Made by a program: the position numbers and the translations under genes. DNA of 64,000 nucleotides from a virus (Duplodnaviria; Caudoviricetes): positions 96,001-160,000 of IMG/VR virus record IMGVR_UViG_3300029288_004596; one strand, given 5' to 3'. Every line of letters begins with the position of its first letter. Position 1 is the first letter of the stretch. Below are positions 10,258 to 18,903 of this stretch, one piece after another. The notes beneath the pieces are model-generated. The model was not told where the DNA came from and searched no databases. It saw nothing but the letters and a program-made list of their open reading frames with translations.

Positions 10258-10595
10258 AGGCCAGCTCTGGCTCTTCTAGAACTCCTAGCGGCTCCTGATA
10301 TAGCGGTGGGGTTGTTAAATCTAGCGGCTGTGTATATGTTTGAGAGACCGCCTCGTCCCCCAAGCAGGTAGTAACCTGTGCCAGCCCCAGCTCCTACAAC
10401 AGCTCCTCGCTTCCAGTCTCTGCCAGTGGCTCCATACCCTATAGCTCCTGCTCCAGCTCCTATGCCGGCTCTAGCCCCGAGGGCTTTCCAGGCGCCTTTG
10501 TTTCCAGCCCATAGCATTCCGCCTCGGGATCTGGCTGAGCCTTTTGCCATTCTCCAAGCTGATTCCCAGTTTACTCCTAAAAATGGAGCTGCCAT
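10254..10595 (-). CDS. Glycine-zipper-like hypothetical protein
   Basis: GAGAG repeats, coupled to downstream gene. Confidence 0.6.
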   Translation of the reverse strand: MAAPFLGVNWESAWRMAKGSARSRGGMLWAGNKGAWKALGARAGIGAGAGAIGYGATGRDWKRGAVVGAGAGTGYYLLGGRGGLSNIYTAARFNNPTAISGAARSSRRARAGL

Positions 10596-10666
10596 GTTAC
10601 TTTCCTTTGGTTCCCGCTGGGGTCATGGTTCCAGCTGGTTTCAGGGTCTTGGTCATGACTTTGATG

Positions 10667-11362
10667 CTAGCCTGACTCGGTGGTTTGGCCTTCGATAAGT
10701 TTGCCTTGCTCATTTCTTCTTCTCCTAATTATATCAATGATGTTTGCGGAGCTCTCCGCAACCTTAGACTGTTTTACTGACTGTTCCAGTTTCTCTCTCC
10801 TGGAAGCCATGAGTTCCTTATACTTCTGGGATATATCCCTTCTGATCTCTCTCGCCGCCTCAAAGCCCATGTTGACTCTCTTGGCGTAGATAGCCTGACC
10901 AGTCTTGTTGGAAACTCCTATGGGGGTCTCGTCATAGAGGGGGTGATCCTTTTGGTAAAGGTCGCACCTTCTCATCTGAAGATGGAGCCTCACAAGGTCC
11001 ACCACTAACTGAATATCCGCAAACTCTGTAGGTTGTATCTGCAGGTCCACTATGTATCCAGCTAATATCTTATAGGCGTTGAGGACTTCAACCCCGCACT
11101 TCCTGCCCTTGAACTCTTCATCCACAAGGTCGTCAGCAGCCTCGCAGTATTTCCCAAATTCGCAGTTCTCTTTTCCGAGACAGACCATGGGAACATCTGT
11201 GTAGACTCCTGTTATAGTGTTAACTCTTCGGACAGCTTCTGCTGTCCATTCCTTAGGGAGGGCTGAGGACATCCTGCAGTCAGAGAGTTCTCCATTGTGC
11301 AATACATCTTTGAGGTTTTCTATAGGGGTGAGGTCGAAGGTTATCCCTAGGGCATTAGCCAT
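10667..11362 (-). CDS. Hypothetical protein, candidate terminase small subunit
   Basis: GGAGG RBS, Cys cluster, helical C-terminus, upstream of terL; function inferred from position. Confidence 0.45.
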   Translation of the reverse strand: MANALGITFDLTPIENLKDVLHNGELSDCRMSSALPKEWTAEAVRRVNTITGVYTDVPMVCLGKENCEFGKYCEAADDLVDEEFKGRKCGVEVLNAYKILAGYIVDLQIQPTEFADIQLVVDLVRLHLQMRRCDLYQKDHPLYDETPIGVSNKTGQAIYAKRVNMGFEAAREIRRDISQKYKELMASRREKLEQSVKQSKVAESSANIIDIIRRRRNEQGKLIEGQTTESG

Positions 11363-11435
11363 GGGTCCTCCTAACTATATTTTGGTGTTCATTTATTATA
11401 GAGGTAGGTTTAGTGTCAAAAAAACCTGATTTGTA

Positions 11436-11792
11436 TCATCTCGGGGTCATCTTGACTATAATGCTTCTGATTCTGTCCGCTTCCTTGTGCAGTCTCTCCA
11501 CATGTTTATCCAGGGTATCCCTGGTGTCTACTCCCACCGCAGCGCCGCATGCTCTGAGTTCCAGAGTCTCCACAGCCTGGGTATCCAGTTCCTTTAAGTA
11601 CTCATGGGCCACATCCAGCACATGGAATACGTCTACTCCATTCATGTCTTCTCCCATGAAGTCAAACATTCTTTGATAGGCTAACCCCTCGTTAGGGGTT
11701 AGCAGTCTATCTACATTGGATGTATCCCCAAATCTGGGGAGATCCTCAGGGGTCAGGTCAAAATCTTCACTCAAAACTTGCCGATCTCCCAT
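11436..11792 (-). CDS. Hypothetical protein (start uncertain)
   Basis: ORF track 11436..11879; internal start preferred to reduce overlap. Confidence 0.55.
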   Translation of the reverse strand: MGDRQVLSEDFDLTPEDLPRFGDTSNVDRLLTPNEGLAYQRMFDFMGEDMNGVDVFHVLDVAHEYLKELDTQAVETLELRACGAAVGVDTRDTLDKHVERLHKEADRIRSIIVKMTPR

Positions 11793-12055
11793 TCCTCCCA
11801 CTGTCCTTTGGGAAACTCTTTCCACTTCAACTTCTTTATCCTCCTGCCACAGAAAGGGCACACATTGGGAATTCGCCAACCTGAGGGCCAGAAGTCTAAG
11901 TTAAACTTATCACTATGCCCACAGTTAACCTCTATACTTCTGCATTCTCCATCATCTGGCTTTATCTTCCATTCACAAAAATCTGAGGTCCATATCACAG
12001 AGTCATTCTCTCTGACAATGACTCTTCCATTATCATCTACTTCAACTCTTATCAT
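11771..12055 (-). CDS. Hypothetical protein with CPFCG zinc-ribbon-like motif
   Basis: GGAGG RBS before ATG 12055. Confidence 0.6.
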   Translation of the reverse strand: MIRVEVDDNGRVIVRENDSVIWTSDFCEWKIKPDDGECRSIEVNCGHSDKFNLDFWPSGWRIPNVCPFCGRRIKKLKWKEFPKGQWEEWEIGKF

Positions 12056-12056
12056 T

Positions 12057-12320
12057 TTACCTCCACTTGGACACATCATAGTATGCAGTCTGTTCTCCAT
12101 AAAATACATTCAGATAAACCGATCCTGGAGACACATATATTGTAGCGCACCCATCAGAATGGAATCTCTTTCCATCCTTATATAACTTAATAGGCAGATT
12201 CACATACTTCTCTATAGAAAATACCCTATCATCTTCCAAGGGTTCTTTTATAGACTGGATAGTCTCTTTAAGTTCTTTCTCATCCACCTTGCAGGAAACA
12301 GGACCCTCTAGAGTAATCAT
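12057..12320 (-). CDS. Hypothetical protein
   Basis: ATGA-coupled ORF. Confidence 0.6.
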   Translation of the reverse strand: MITLEGPVSCKVDEKELKETIQSIKEPLEDDRVFSIEKYVNLPIKLYKDGKRFHSDGCATIYVSPGSVYLNVFYGEQTAYYDVSKWR

Positions 12321-12922
12321 TCCAGTACCGCCTCCAGCAGGGTATCCACAGGGTTCAGTTCATTCTCCACATAAGAAGCCAGACATCTCAGGGAACAGAA
12401 GACCATGGTGTGTCCTCCAAAGATAAGCTTGGGTATCTCCTTGCCTATATCCCCTTCTGGCATTAAACCTTCACATAGAGGACAGACTCTATTAGGTCTG
12501 GTATCCTCATGTTCCTCTTTCATTCTGGCATAGAGTTCTTCTGCCGACCAGTCCCCGTCCACAGCCATCTCTATCCATTCCATAGGGTTATCCGCGCCAG
12601 CCGCATTCCTGTAGTGGCTCCAGGACAACCCGGTCATCCGTTCCTCTTTCTTAGGGAATCTGGAAGAGATCCACCTATACTGTCTCACAGTGTCAGGCTT
12701 GAGTCCTATCTGGGAAGCGAACACTGCCACGGCTTCCTTGCCCAGGTCTCTTTCCACCTTGTAGGCTATATCCCCCAGGGCCCATGAAGAACCATCATTA
12801 AGTTCTCTGGCCACAACTCCTCTAGACACCAGCTCTTCCAGAGATTCTCTGGGAAGTGTATCAGCTACCTCAGGGACTGGAGCAAGTTCATCCAGCTCAT
12901 CAATAATGCCTTCTATAGACAT
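12317..12922 (-). CDS. Putative DNA-binding regulator (WxxGD...LSWSH type) with C-terminal CxxC...FCSxxC metal finger
   Basis: SWALGD, LSWSHYR, CPLC and FCSLRC motifs; GGAGG RBS. Confidence 0.55.
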   Translation of the reverse strand: MSIEGIIDELDELAPVPEVADTLPRESLEELVSRGVVARELNDGSSWALGDIAYKVERDLGKEAVAVFASQIGLKPDTVRQYRWISSRFPKKEERMTGLSWSHYRNAAGADNPMEWIEMAVDGDWSAEELYARMKEEHEDTRPNRVCPLCEGLMPEGDIGKEIPKLIFGGHTMVFCSLRCLASYVENELNPVDTLLEAVLE

Positions 12923-12990
12923 CCATTCCTCCTGTCGCTAGTAATTGCTTACTACCACACTCATCGTGGTTTTATGCTAAACCACTCTTA

Positions 12991-13446
12991 TTATATCAAG
13001 TTTTCTATGTTCTCAGCAAGTTTTTTAGGGGTGTTCCCTGACACAGCCATCCCATTATGCCACACCTCTAAATGGAGATGAGGAGCTCTGAGAAACCTGC
13101 CCACATACCCTATGCACTGTCCAGCCTTAACTGTAGCCCCAACCTTGATAGAGGGACTGACTACATGCACATGGGCATACATAATCCTGTACTCAGTATT
13201 CCTTATTAGGACTCTGCCATTCCTCCCAGAGGGCTCCATCACTTCCACAGTCCCAGCGCTCATTGCGAAAACCGGGGAGCCAGCTTTAGTATACAAATCC
13301 AGTCCATCCCCATTACGGGCTGTGTACCCCAGGAACACGTTGTGTCCAGGGACGCTGGTCTTCCTGTAAACAGATCGTCCATGTAAAGTATTGTTATACT
13401 TCAGTTCACTTATCTTCTTCTCTAGTGGTTGTCTTAACTTAGTCAT
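12991..13446 (-). CDS. M23-family metallopeptidase (peptidoglycan hydrolase)
   Basis: GLDL, YAHV, VKAGQCIGYVG, PHLHLE motifs. Confidence 0.85.
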   Translation of the reverse strand: MTKLRQPLEKKISELKYNNTLHGRSVYRKTSVPGHNVFLGYTARNGDGLDLYTKAGSPVFAMSAGTVEVMEPSGRNGRVLIRNTEYRIMYAHVHVVSPSIKVGATVKAGQCIGYVGRFLRAPHLHLEVWHNGMAVSGNTPKKLAENIENLI

Positions 13447-13499
13447 TATTTCCCTCCAGGTACGTCGGTATTCTAGAAGAATACCTCCACTTTATATTA

Positions 13500-13632
13500 T
13501 AGCCTTGGATTATGAATCCAATGGATAGCCTTGATATTACCATAGGCAATATCAATGGATAGCCTTCTACTAGAGGTTCCTTAGGGAGGAGGTGGTGTCT
13601 CCATGACCTAGGGGAACCTAGGATTAGTAGAA
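13500..13632. repeat. Three tandem TAGCC-hairpin units at the strand switch
   Basis: TAGCC TTGGATT-ATG-AATCCAA TGG; TAGCC TTGATATT-N9-AATATCAA TGG; TAGCC followed by a long imperfect hairpin. Confidence 0.7.
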
Positions 13633-13775
13633 TCCTAAGGGATTAGGGGATGCTCCATTCCTTTTTCAGGTTTTTTCATTTTGGATTGGCTGTCCTAGTA
13701 CACTGTCAAGGCTAGGGGCACCCTAATATATTCTGCCCCACCCCTTGTGAGTGACTAACTAAAAGGAGTAGAACG

Positions 13776-13997
13776 ATGAACAGAAAACTGGAAAGTCTAG
13801 TAGCCAATGTGCTGCTAGCGCTCATAGCTGTGGTAGGAGCAGCTGTGATCATAGGAGCCTTGTGGGCTATAGAGTCCACAGCTGAGATAGTGGCTAATAG
13901 ACTAGCTACCTGGTCAGGAACACAGTTATTAGTGGCAGTATTTGCCAATGCAGTCCTTTGGGCAGTAGCTTTAGGTCTCCTGCTCAGAAAGAAATAA
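13776..13997 (+). CDS. Small membrane protein
   Basis: AAAGGAG RBS, two hydrophobic helices. Confidence 0.7.
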   Translation: MNRKLESLVANVLLALIAVVGAAVIIGALWAIESTAEIVANRLATWSGTQLLVAVFANAVLWAVALGLLLRKK

Positions 13998-14010
13998 AAG
14001 GAGTAACACA

Positions 14011-14208
14011 ATGATTGTAGACAAGAAGTTTAGAAAGATATATGAGTTCCTCTTAGCAGAGACTCATAACAGAACACTCTCTCAAGATGAGGTTCTCGAC
14101 CTTATCAAGAGAGCAGAGTGGCTAGCTGGGACATCAGTCTACCAGTTTCTAGATCCCTATAAGATATTAGGGGTCTCTAGGGAGGAACTAGATGCTAGAA
14201 GTAGTTGA
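14011..14208 (+). CDS. Hypothetical protein
   Basis: AAAGGAG RBS. Confidence 0.65.
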   Translation: MIVDKKFRKIYEFLLAETHNRTLSQDEVLDLIKRAEWLAGTSVYQFLDPYKILGVSREELDARSS

Positions 14209-14401
14209 GTATGGAAGTCAGGTCTTGATAGGTAGGGCCAATAACTATAGAGAGGTGGTCTCTCTTATAAAAGATCATCTCTCTTCAGACTACTCTGATA
14301 TCCAGGTCGTGACTGTGGACATCAAACCTAACTACACAAGGGTGGTGGCAATTTGCCACCCTAGTTTGGATTCATTTTCCTATGAGGTATACCCTGCCTG
14401 A
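14192..14401 (+). CDS. Hypothetical protein
   Basis: GGAGG RBS. Confidence 0.6.
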   Translation: MLEVVEYGSQVLIGRANNYREVVSLIKDHLSSDYSDIQVVTVDIKPNYTRVVAICHPSLDSFSYEVYPA

Positions 14402-14483
14402 TAGTTGATACCCTGCCCTAAGGTTACTAGTTCAGGAGAGTTGATAGGGCTAGACTCTCCACCTATAAAAAGGAGCACATAAA

Positions 14484-15137
14484 ATGCAGAGCAAGAACTT
14501 TAACCTCACAAGCGTACTACCAAACCTCAGATTTTCTTGGAATGACTCTAAGGGAGTAATCAAGACCTCAGAAGACACAGTCAAAATAAAGCTGGGAGAG
14601 TCCAGCTTTGAAGCTAAGAACAAAGCTCACTACACAGTCACAGTCAGTTATGATCTTGGGCTCTTTAGAAGACTGATTCCCTCTAACCTTCTTAAGAGAC
14701 TGGCTGAGAAACTGCTAACTAAGATCTCCCTAGAGATAGGATATGTCTCCGAAGAAGCAGAGGTTAACATTATCAGAGCTGATAAGGAAGCTGCAATCAC
14801 ATATGGCGCAGCACACTCAGCTCTAACAATCTCAGGCGAACAAATCATCAGACTTATACAACAAATAAAGTCTGGGGATATGACTCCCCCTAGTCTTGTC
14901 TACAACCATCACTTGGATGGATTCACTTACACCTCCCCATTAGGTGAAGTAGTAATGTTAGAGAGCATTGACCTGACAGCTGGAAGATATGTTACTATTC
15001 GCTCAGCTATGATAGGGGACAGGTTCATTGGGGACATCTCCTTCGATGTGCTTGACCCACTAGGAATACCAGAGTGGTTTATGACTATAGGGGAAGAAGT
15101 TAGCAACCTTCTTCCTAACCCAACAGATATACTATAG
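14484..15137 (+). CDS. Hypothetical protein
   Basis: AAAGGAG RBS, 217 aa. Confidence 0.7.
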   Translation: MQSKNFNLTSVLPNLRFSWNDSKGVIKTSEDTVKIKLGESSFEAKNKAHYTVTVSYDLGLFRRLIPSNLLKRLAEKLLTKISLEIGYVSEEAEVNIIRADKEAAITYGAAHSALTISGEQIIRLIQQIKSGDMTPPSLVYNHHLDGFTYTSPLGEVVMLESIDLTAGRYVTIRSAMIGDRFIGDISFDVLDPLGIPEWFMTIGEEVSNLLPNPTDIL

Positions 15138-15159
15138 TTAAAGTAGTAGAACATAGCCT

Positions 15160-15235
15160 CAGACCTAGTCCCTTAGAAATAGGGGGCTAGGATGTGGGAC
15201 TAGAGATAGTTTACTGATAAACTATGACCACACAT
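15160..15235 (+). promoter_or_regulatory. Structured leader motif, copy 1
   Basis: CAGA-hairpin-ATGTGGGA...ACCACACAT; second copy at 15504. Confidence 0.5.
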
Positions 15236-15275
15236 AAGACAAGGACAGTCTCTAAAACCAAAAAGGAGTGACGCA

Positions 15276-15497
15276 ATGTCATTTATGAACAAACTAGCCA
15301 GAGTAGCTGGCAAAGCAACCAGTGTAGTTGTTAACAACTACATACCCACCGCAGCTAAGGCAACAGCAAAGGCTGCTGTTATAACAGCTAAAGCGGCTCA
15401 GGCTGCTGCCAAAGAAGCCAGGGAAGGGTACTTAGAAGCTAAGACCTCTGAGCCTGAGACCAAAGCTAAAGTTACTATAGATATAACAGATTTATAG
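15276..15497 (+). CDS. Ala/Lys-rich small protein
   Basis: AAAGGAG RBS. Confidence 0.7.
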   Translation: MSFMNKLARVAGKATSVVVNNYIPTAAKATAKAAVITAKAAQAAAKEAREGYLEAKTSEPETKAKVTIDITDL

Positions 15498-15503
15498 TGA
15501 CCC

Positions 15504-15555
15504 CAGACAGAGTCCCTTCCACACAGGGGACTCTGATGTGGGATTACCACAACAT
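15504..15555 (+). promoter_or_regulatory. Structured leader motif, copy 2
   Basis: Same flanks as copy 1 with compensatory stem changes. Confidence 0.5.
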
Positions 15556-15584
15556 CTGGCAGCCCCAGATAAAGGAGTATAATA

Positions 15585-16088
15585 ATGTTTAGATGTGTAA
15601 AGAGACTGGTGAATGTCCTGAGGACTAAACAGGACTGCAAACGCATCCCTATGTGGGAAGAGGGCTATAGGGCCCTGAAGTTCTTTGGGCTCGAAGATGA
15701 ACTACACATCTGTCAACTTGATGGTTTTGCATACTATCACTCTTATAAGGAAGAGAAACCATATATCCAGGTGCCAAACTCATACCACTTGTATGACGCT
15801 GTAATGACCCTGCAAGCATCCTCAATACATAGCGGTATGCCAGCAATAATACTCATAAGACTGGCAATACTGCATGAGATCTGTCACCATCTACTAAGTA
15901 AGGCTGAAGAAGTTATGGGGTATGAGTTAGACAGGTCATTGCCCTATGACCCAGTCCTAACACCTCTTAGTCAGTATGTTCCTTTTCTGATAAATGAGTT
16001 GCACTTCAGGAAAGAAGTAGAAGCCGCAGCTTATGAGTTGTCTACTAAGTATGTAGAAGAATACCTTGCATATATGGCAGGGTATTAG
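15585..16088 (+). CDS. HExxH zincin-like hypothetical protein
   Basis: ILHEICHH and downstream EVEA. Confidence 0.6.
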   Translation: MFRCVKRLVNVLRTKQDCKRIPMWEEGYRALKFFGLEDELHICQLDGFAYYHSYKEEKPYIQVPNSYHLYDAVMTLQASSIHSGMPAIILIRLAILHEICHHLLSKAEEVMGYELDRSLPYDPVLTPLSQYVPFLINELHFRKEVEAAAYELSTKYVEEYLAYMAGY

Positions 16089-16107
16089 TTCCTCTAAGGA
16101 GGATGCC

Positions 16108-16287
16108 ATGAATGTCTTCTTCCTGCAAACAAAGGAGGGGTTCCTGAGGATCACCCTCCTCTACCTAGGGCTCTGGCTTATCGAGTCGGAGCCCTCTTCA
16201 GGTTCAGGCTACACCGTGGACTTGGAGGGTTTATTCTCACTACTAAAGGAGTCGTGTATGTATAGACTCAGAGGACTATATCAATGA
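16108..16287 (+). CDS. Hypothetical protein
   Basis: AAGGAGG RBS before ATG 16108. Confidence 0.5.
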   Translation: MNVFFLQTKEGFLRITLLYLGLWLIESEPSSGSGYTVDLEGLFSLLKESCMYRLRGLYQ

Positions 16288-16431
16288 GGGGCTGTTGGTC
16301 CCTGTTAGTTTACTTACTTATATGGGGAACTCCATTGGACTGGAGTGTATTTGTGGATCTGTTCTACCCCAGGGGCGGATACCGTTTAGGGCTGGTTACT
16401 AGTCTTGCTAGTATACCAGAGGAGTGCTGAA

Positions 16432-16821
16432 ATGAAACTTATAATTGCAGGCAGTCGAGAGATCACTGAGTACGAGTTGCTCTCTAAGATCATGGTCTCC
16501 TATATGATTAGGAAAGGTTGTCTTATCAAGGAAGTAGTCTCTGGAACTGCTAAGGGAATAGATACTCTTGGTGAAAGATGGGCCCAGGAAAACTCTATCC
16601 CTGTTAAGAGATTCCCTGCTGATTGGAATAGATTTGGCAGGGCAGCTGGCTTTAAGAGGAATGAGGTTATGGGTGACTACGCTGATGAAGCTGTAGTCAT
16701 CATCCTCAATCACAGCAGAGGTTCTGAGCATATGGCTCAGTGTATGAAGACCCTTGGCAAGAGAGTTTCTGTCTGTGATGTGGTTATTAAAGATGGCAAG
16801 TACAGGTGCTCTTGGAGGTAG
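16432..16821 (+). CDS. SLOG-superfamily (DUF2493/YspA-like) protein
   Basis: MKLIIAGSR, VVSGTAKGID, FPADW..GRAAG..RN. Confidence 0.8.
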   Translation: MKLIIAGSREITEYELLSKIMVSYMIRKGCLIKEVVSGTAKGIDTLGERWAQENSIPVKRFPADWNRFGRAAGFKRNEVMGDYADEAVVIILNHSRGSEHMAQCMKTLGKRVSVCDVVIKDGKYRCSWR

Positions 16822-16995
16822 TAGTACAGGCTGTACTAAGTGCTGCTCTTCCAGTATTTGTTTGCTTATTTGTTTGGGGATACCCTTTTTCTGGGTTAGC
16901 CTCAAAAGATGACTTTTTTACATGGTCATGTAGACCTATTTGTTTGGCTATTTGTTTGATAACTGAAATAAACTACTATATAAAGGAGTTATACA

Positions 16996-17205
16996 ATGAA
17001 TAACAAGGAAATCTGCCTTAAAGCCCTGGGTATTCTGGAGAATATCAGGGAAAACCTGGTAAACCTGAACTACTCTGAGGTAGTCTCAGGCCTTATCACC
17101 ATGAACTCTTATTCTAATGGGTGGCTGGACCTCCTCAACTGTGAAGTCCCTGACATATTAGCAGCTATCCATGCTACTATCACTAGGATAAGGAAGTCCC
17201 TTTAG
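16996..17205 (+). CDS. Hypothetical protein
   Basis: AAAGGAG RBS. Confidence 0.6.
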   Translation: MNNKEICLKALGILENIRENLVNLNYSEVVSGLITMNSYSNGWLDLLNCEVPDILAAIHATITRIRKSL

Positions 17206-17560
17206 TGAACTTGTGTCAGGGATATGTTCCTTGATGCAAAATTCTCCATGGGAAAGTAACGGACCTCCTTTATGAGTTTCTTAAGAACTTGTGGAGGAGG
17301 ACATAGACCACTTATCAGGCGCCTTCGGCGCCCCTATTAGTCTATAGCCATAAGGTGGTGGAGGGAGAGGGAATTGAGAGTGTAGGAGTGGTCCACGGCA
17401 ATTCCCAGTGGATTTCTTAATTTCTTGTGCTTCTCCCTCTCCTTATGGTTTTTTGGGGAGAACTTCCTCCTCTCGTGCTTAACTAGAGGTGAGAGTGAAC
17501 TGACTCTTCCTCTCCCTATGTGTTCATCTGTTATGTGTTTCTTGTGCATGGTGTTTACAA
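17205..17560 (+). ncRNA. Highly structured intergenic region / leader upstream of the RNA polymerase genes
   Basis: Four or more long hairpins rich in G-T pairs, including a CTTCGG tetraloop. Confidence 0.45.
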
Positions 17561-17573
17561 AAGGAGGATTGCC

Positions 17574-18902
17574 ATGTATATCCCAGTTAAGAAAATAGAG
17601 ACTCGTGGAGGGGTCTCTACAGAAGAAGTTACTTCCACATCACTTAAAGGGTCTGTCTTTGACGGTCAAGGACAAGACTGTGTTATTAGCTTCTCTCCTA
17701 CTGATATGTTAGGTAGGACTTTTTCCTCTGTGTGTGTCCCTTGGAGTCTTAGAAGATTATCTAAGGGATTTTCTGGTAACTACATTCTCTCGCCCCTTCA
17801 GAGTTCTCTCAATGCTCTGGTAGGTGTTACTGGTCAAGGGGTTTACCCGGCTCTCTACAGGTTCATGGGAGCCTGGTTAGAAGAGATGGTTAGAACTCTT
17901 AACCGTGACCTGGGTCGTCCTAGAAATCCTAGGTCTGGTTCCTTAGTAGCTGTCCCTATGGTGGACTCTGATGTGTTTACCAGTTCCAAGTGGGGTGGCA
18001 AGTTGTCTTCTCTTAATCCCTGGCAGGTTGGGTTTAGTACAGCTGTACTAAATAAACTCAATAACTCCAGGACTAATCCTCATACAGAAGAGGGTTCACT
18101 CATGATTCTCAGCAGATTCCCAACAACTGATGTGGTGGCTGTTGAGATTAAAGAGATTCCTGGTGAGGCCTTCTGCTTGTATGTATGTCCCAACTCCTTC
18201 AGTCTAGGGGATGAGGACAAAGAGTTGCTCTTCCAGGACCTTATCGAGGGTGACTGCGATGGGGATACAGATAACTTCAATGTTGTCTCCAACCCAGCTC
18301 AGTTGCACCAGTCCATTAGTGAGATGAAGAAACAAGTGACCCCCCTTCCCCAGGAGCGGACTCCGCTGACCTGGCTGGACCATGAAGAGGATTCCCCTGA
18401 TGTCATGTCTATTGTCAGGGACAAGATAGAACAGAAGACCTGGATAGGTTCAGTGGCTGTTCTAGCTTACTGTGGATTCGCTGTCCTGGAATCCCAAGAG
18501 ACTAATATCACTCATGCTGAGTGGAGAGAATTTTATACGCATCTTGTTGAGCTGGTCATGGATAAGAAGCACAACAATAAAAGTAATCTGGCGCCCATAT
18601 ATGGTTACCTCAACCGCAGAAGAGGCGTCAGTTATGATATGGCGGCAGCTCAACTGGTAGATAAACCAGAGTTCCTGGCTACCATGACTAAGATGGATAC
18701 CCTGCTCAATGGAGAGTCCATAAGGGAAGTCGCTTCCAGAAACAAGGCGTTCAGGATAATGCACCTGAGCAGAGGAGCCAAGCTACCCCAGAAGTTTATG
18801 ATGGTGTTTGACCTCCTTGAGTCTATTCCTGACTCAGCTAATCCCCTTGAAGATATTGACGTGGTTGACCAGTTCGTGTCTAGTTTAATAAAGGAGGACT
18901 GA
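17574..18902 (+). CDS. Minimal RNA polymerase beta'-like catalytic subunit
   Basis: ILSRFPT (cf. LLNRxPT) and EGDCDGD (cf. NADFDGD); AAAGGAGG RBS before ATG 17574; 442 aa. Confidence 0.75.
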   Translation: MYIPVKKIETRGGVSTEEVTSTSLKGSVFDGQGQDCVISFSPTDMLGRTFSSVCVPWSLRRLSKGFSGNYILSPLQSSLNALVGVTGQGVYPALYRFMGAWLEEMVRTLNRDLGRPRNPRSGSLVAVPMVDSDVFTSSKWGGKLSSLNPWQVGFSTAVLNKLNNSRTNPHTEEGSLMILSRFPTTDVVAVEIKEIPGEAFCLYVCPNSFSLGDEDKELLFQDLIEGDCDGDTDNFNVVSNPAQLHQSISEMKKQVTPLPQERTPLTWLDHEEDSPDVMSIVRDKIEQKTWIGSVAVLAYCGFAVLESQETNITHAEWREFYTHLVELVMDKKHNNKSNLAPIYGYLNRRRGVSYDMAAAQLVDKPEFLATMTKMDTLLNGESIREVASRNKAFRIMHLSRGAKLPQKFMMVFDLLESIPDSANPLEDIDVVDQFVSSLIKED

Positions 18903-18903
18903 C

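Noticed and set aside
11394-11419. Minus-strand TTGACA and TATAAT consensus hexamers
   Set aside because: Spacer is only 13 nt, so not called as a sigma70 promoter, although TATAATA also precedes leftward genes near 12990 and 13497
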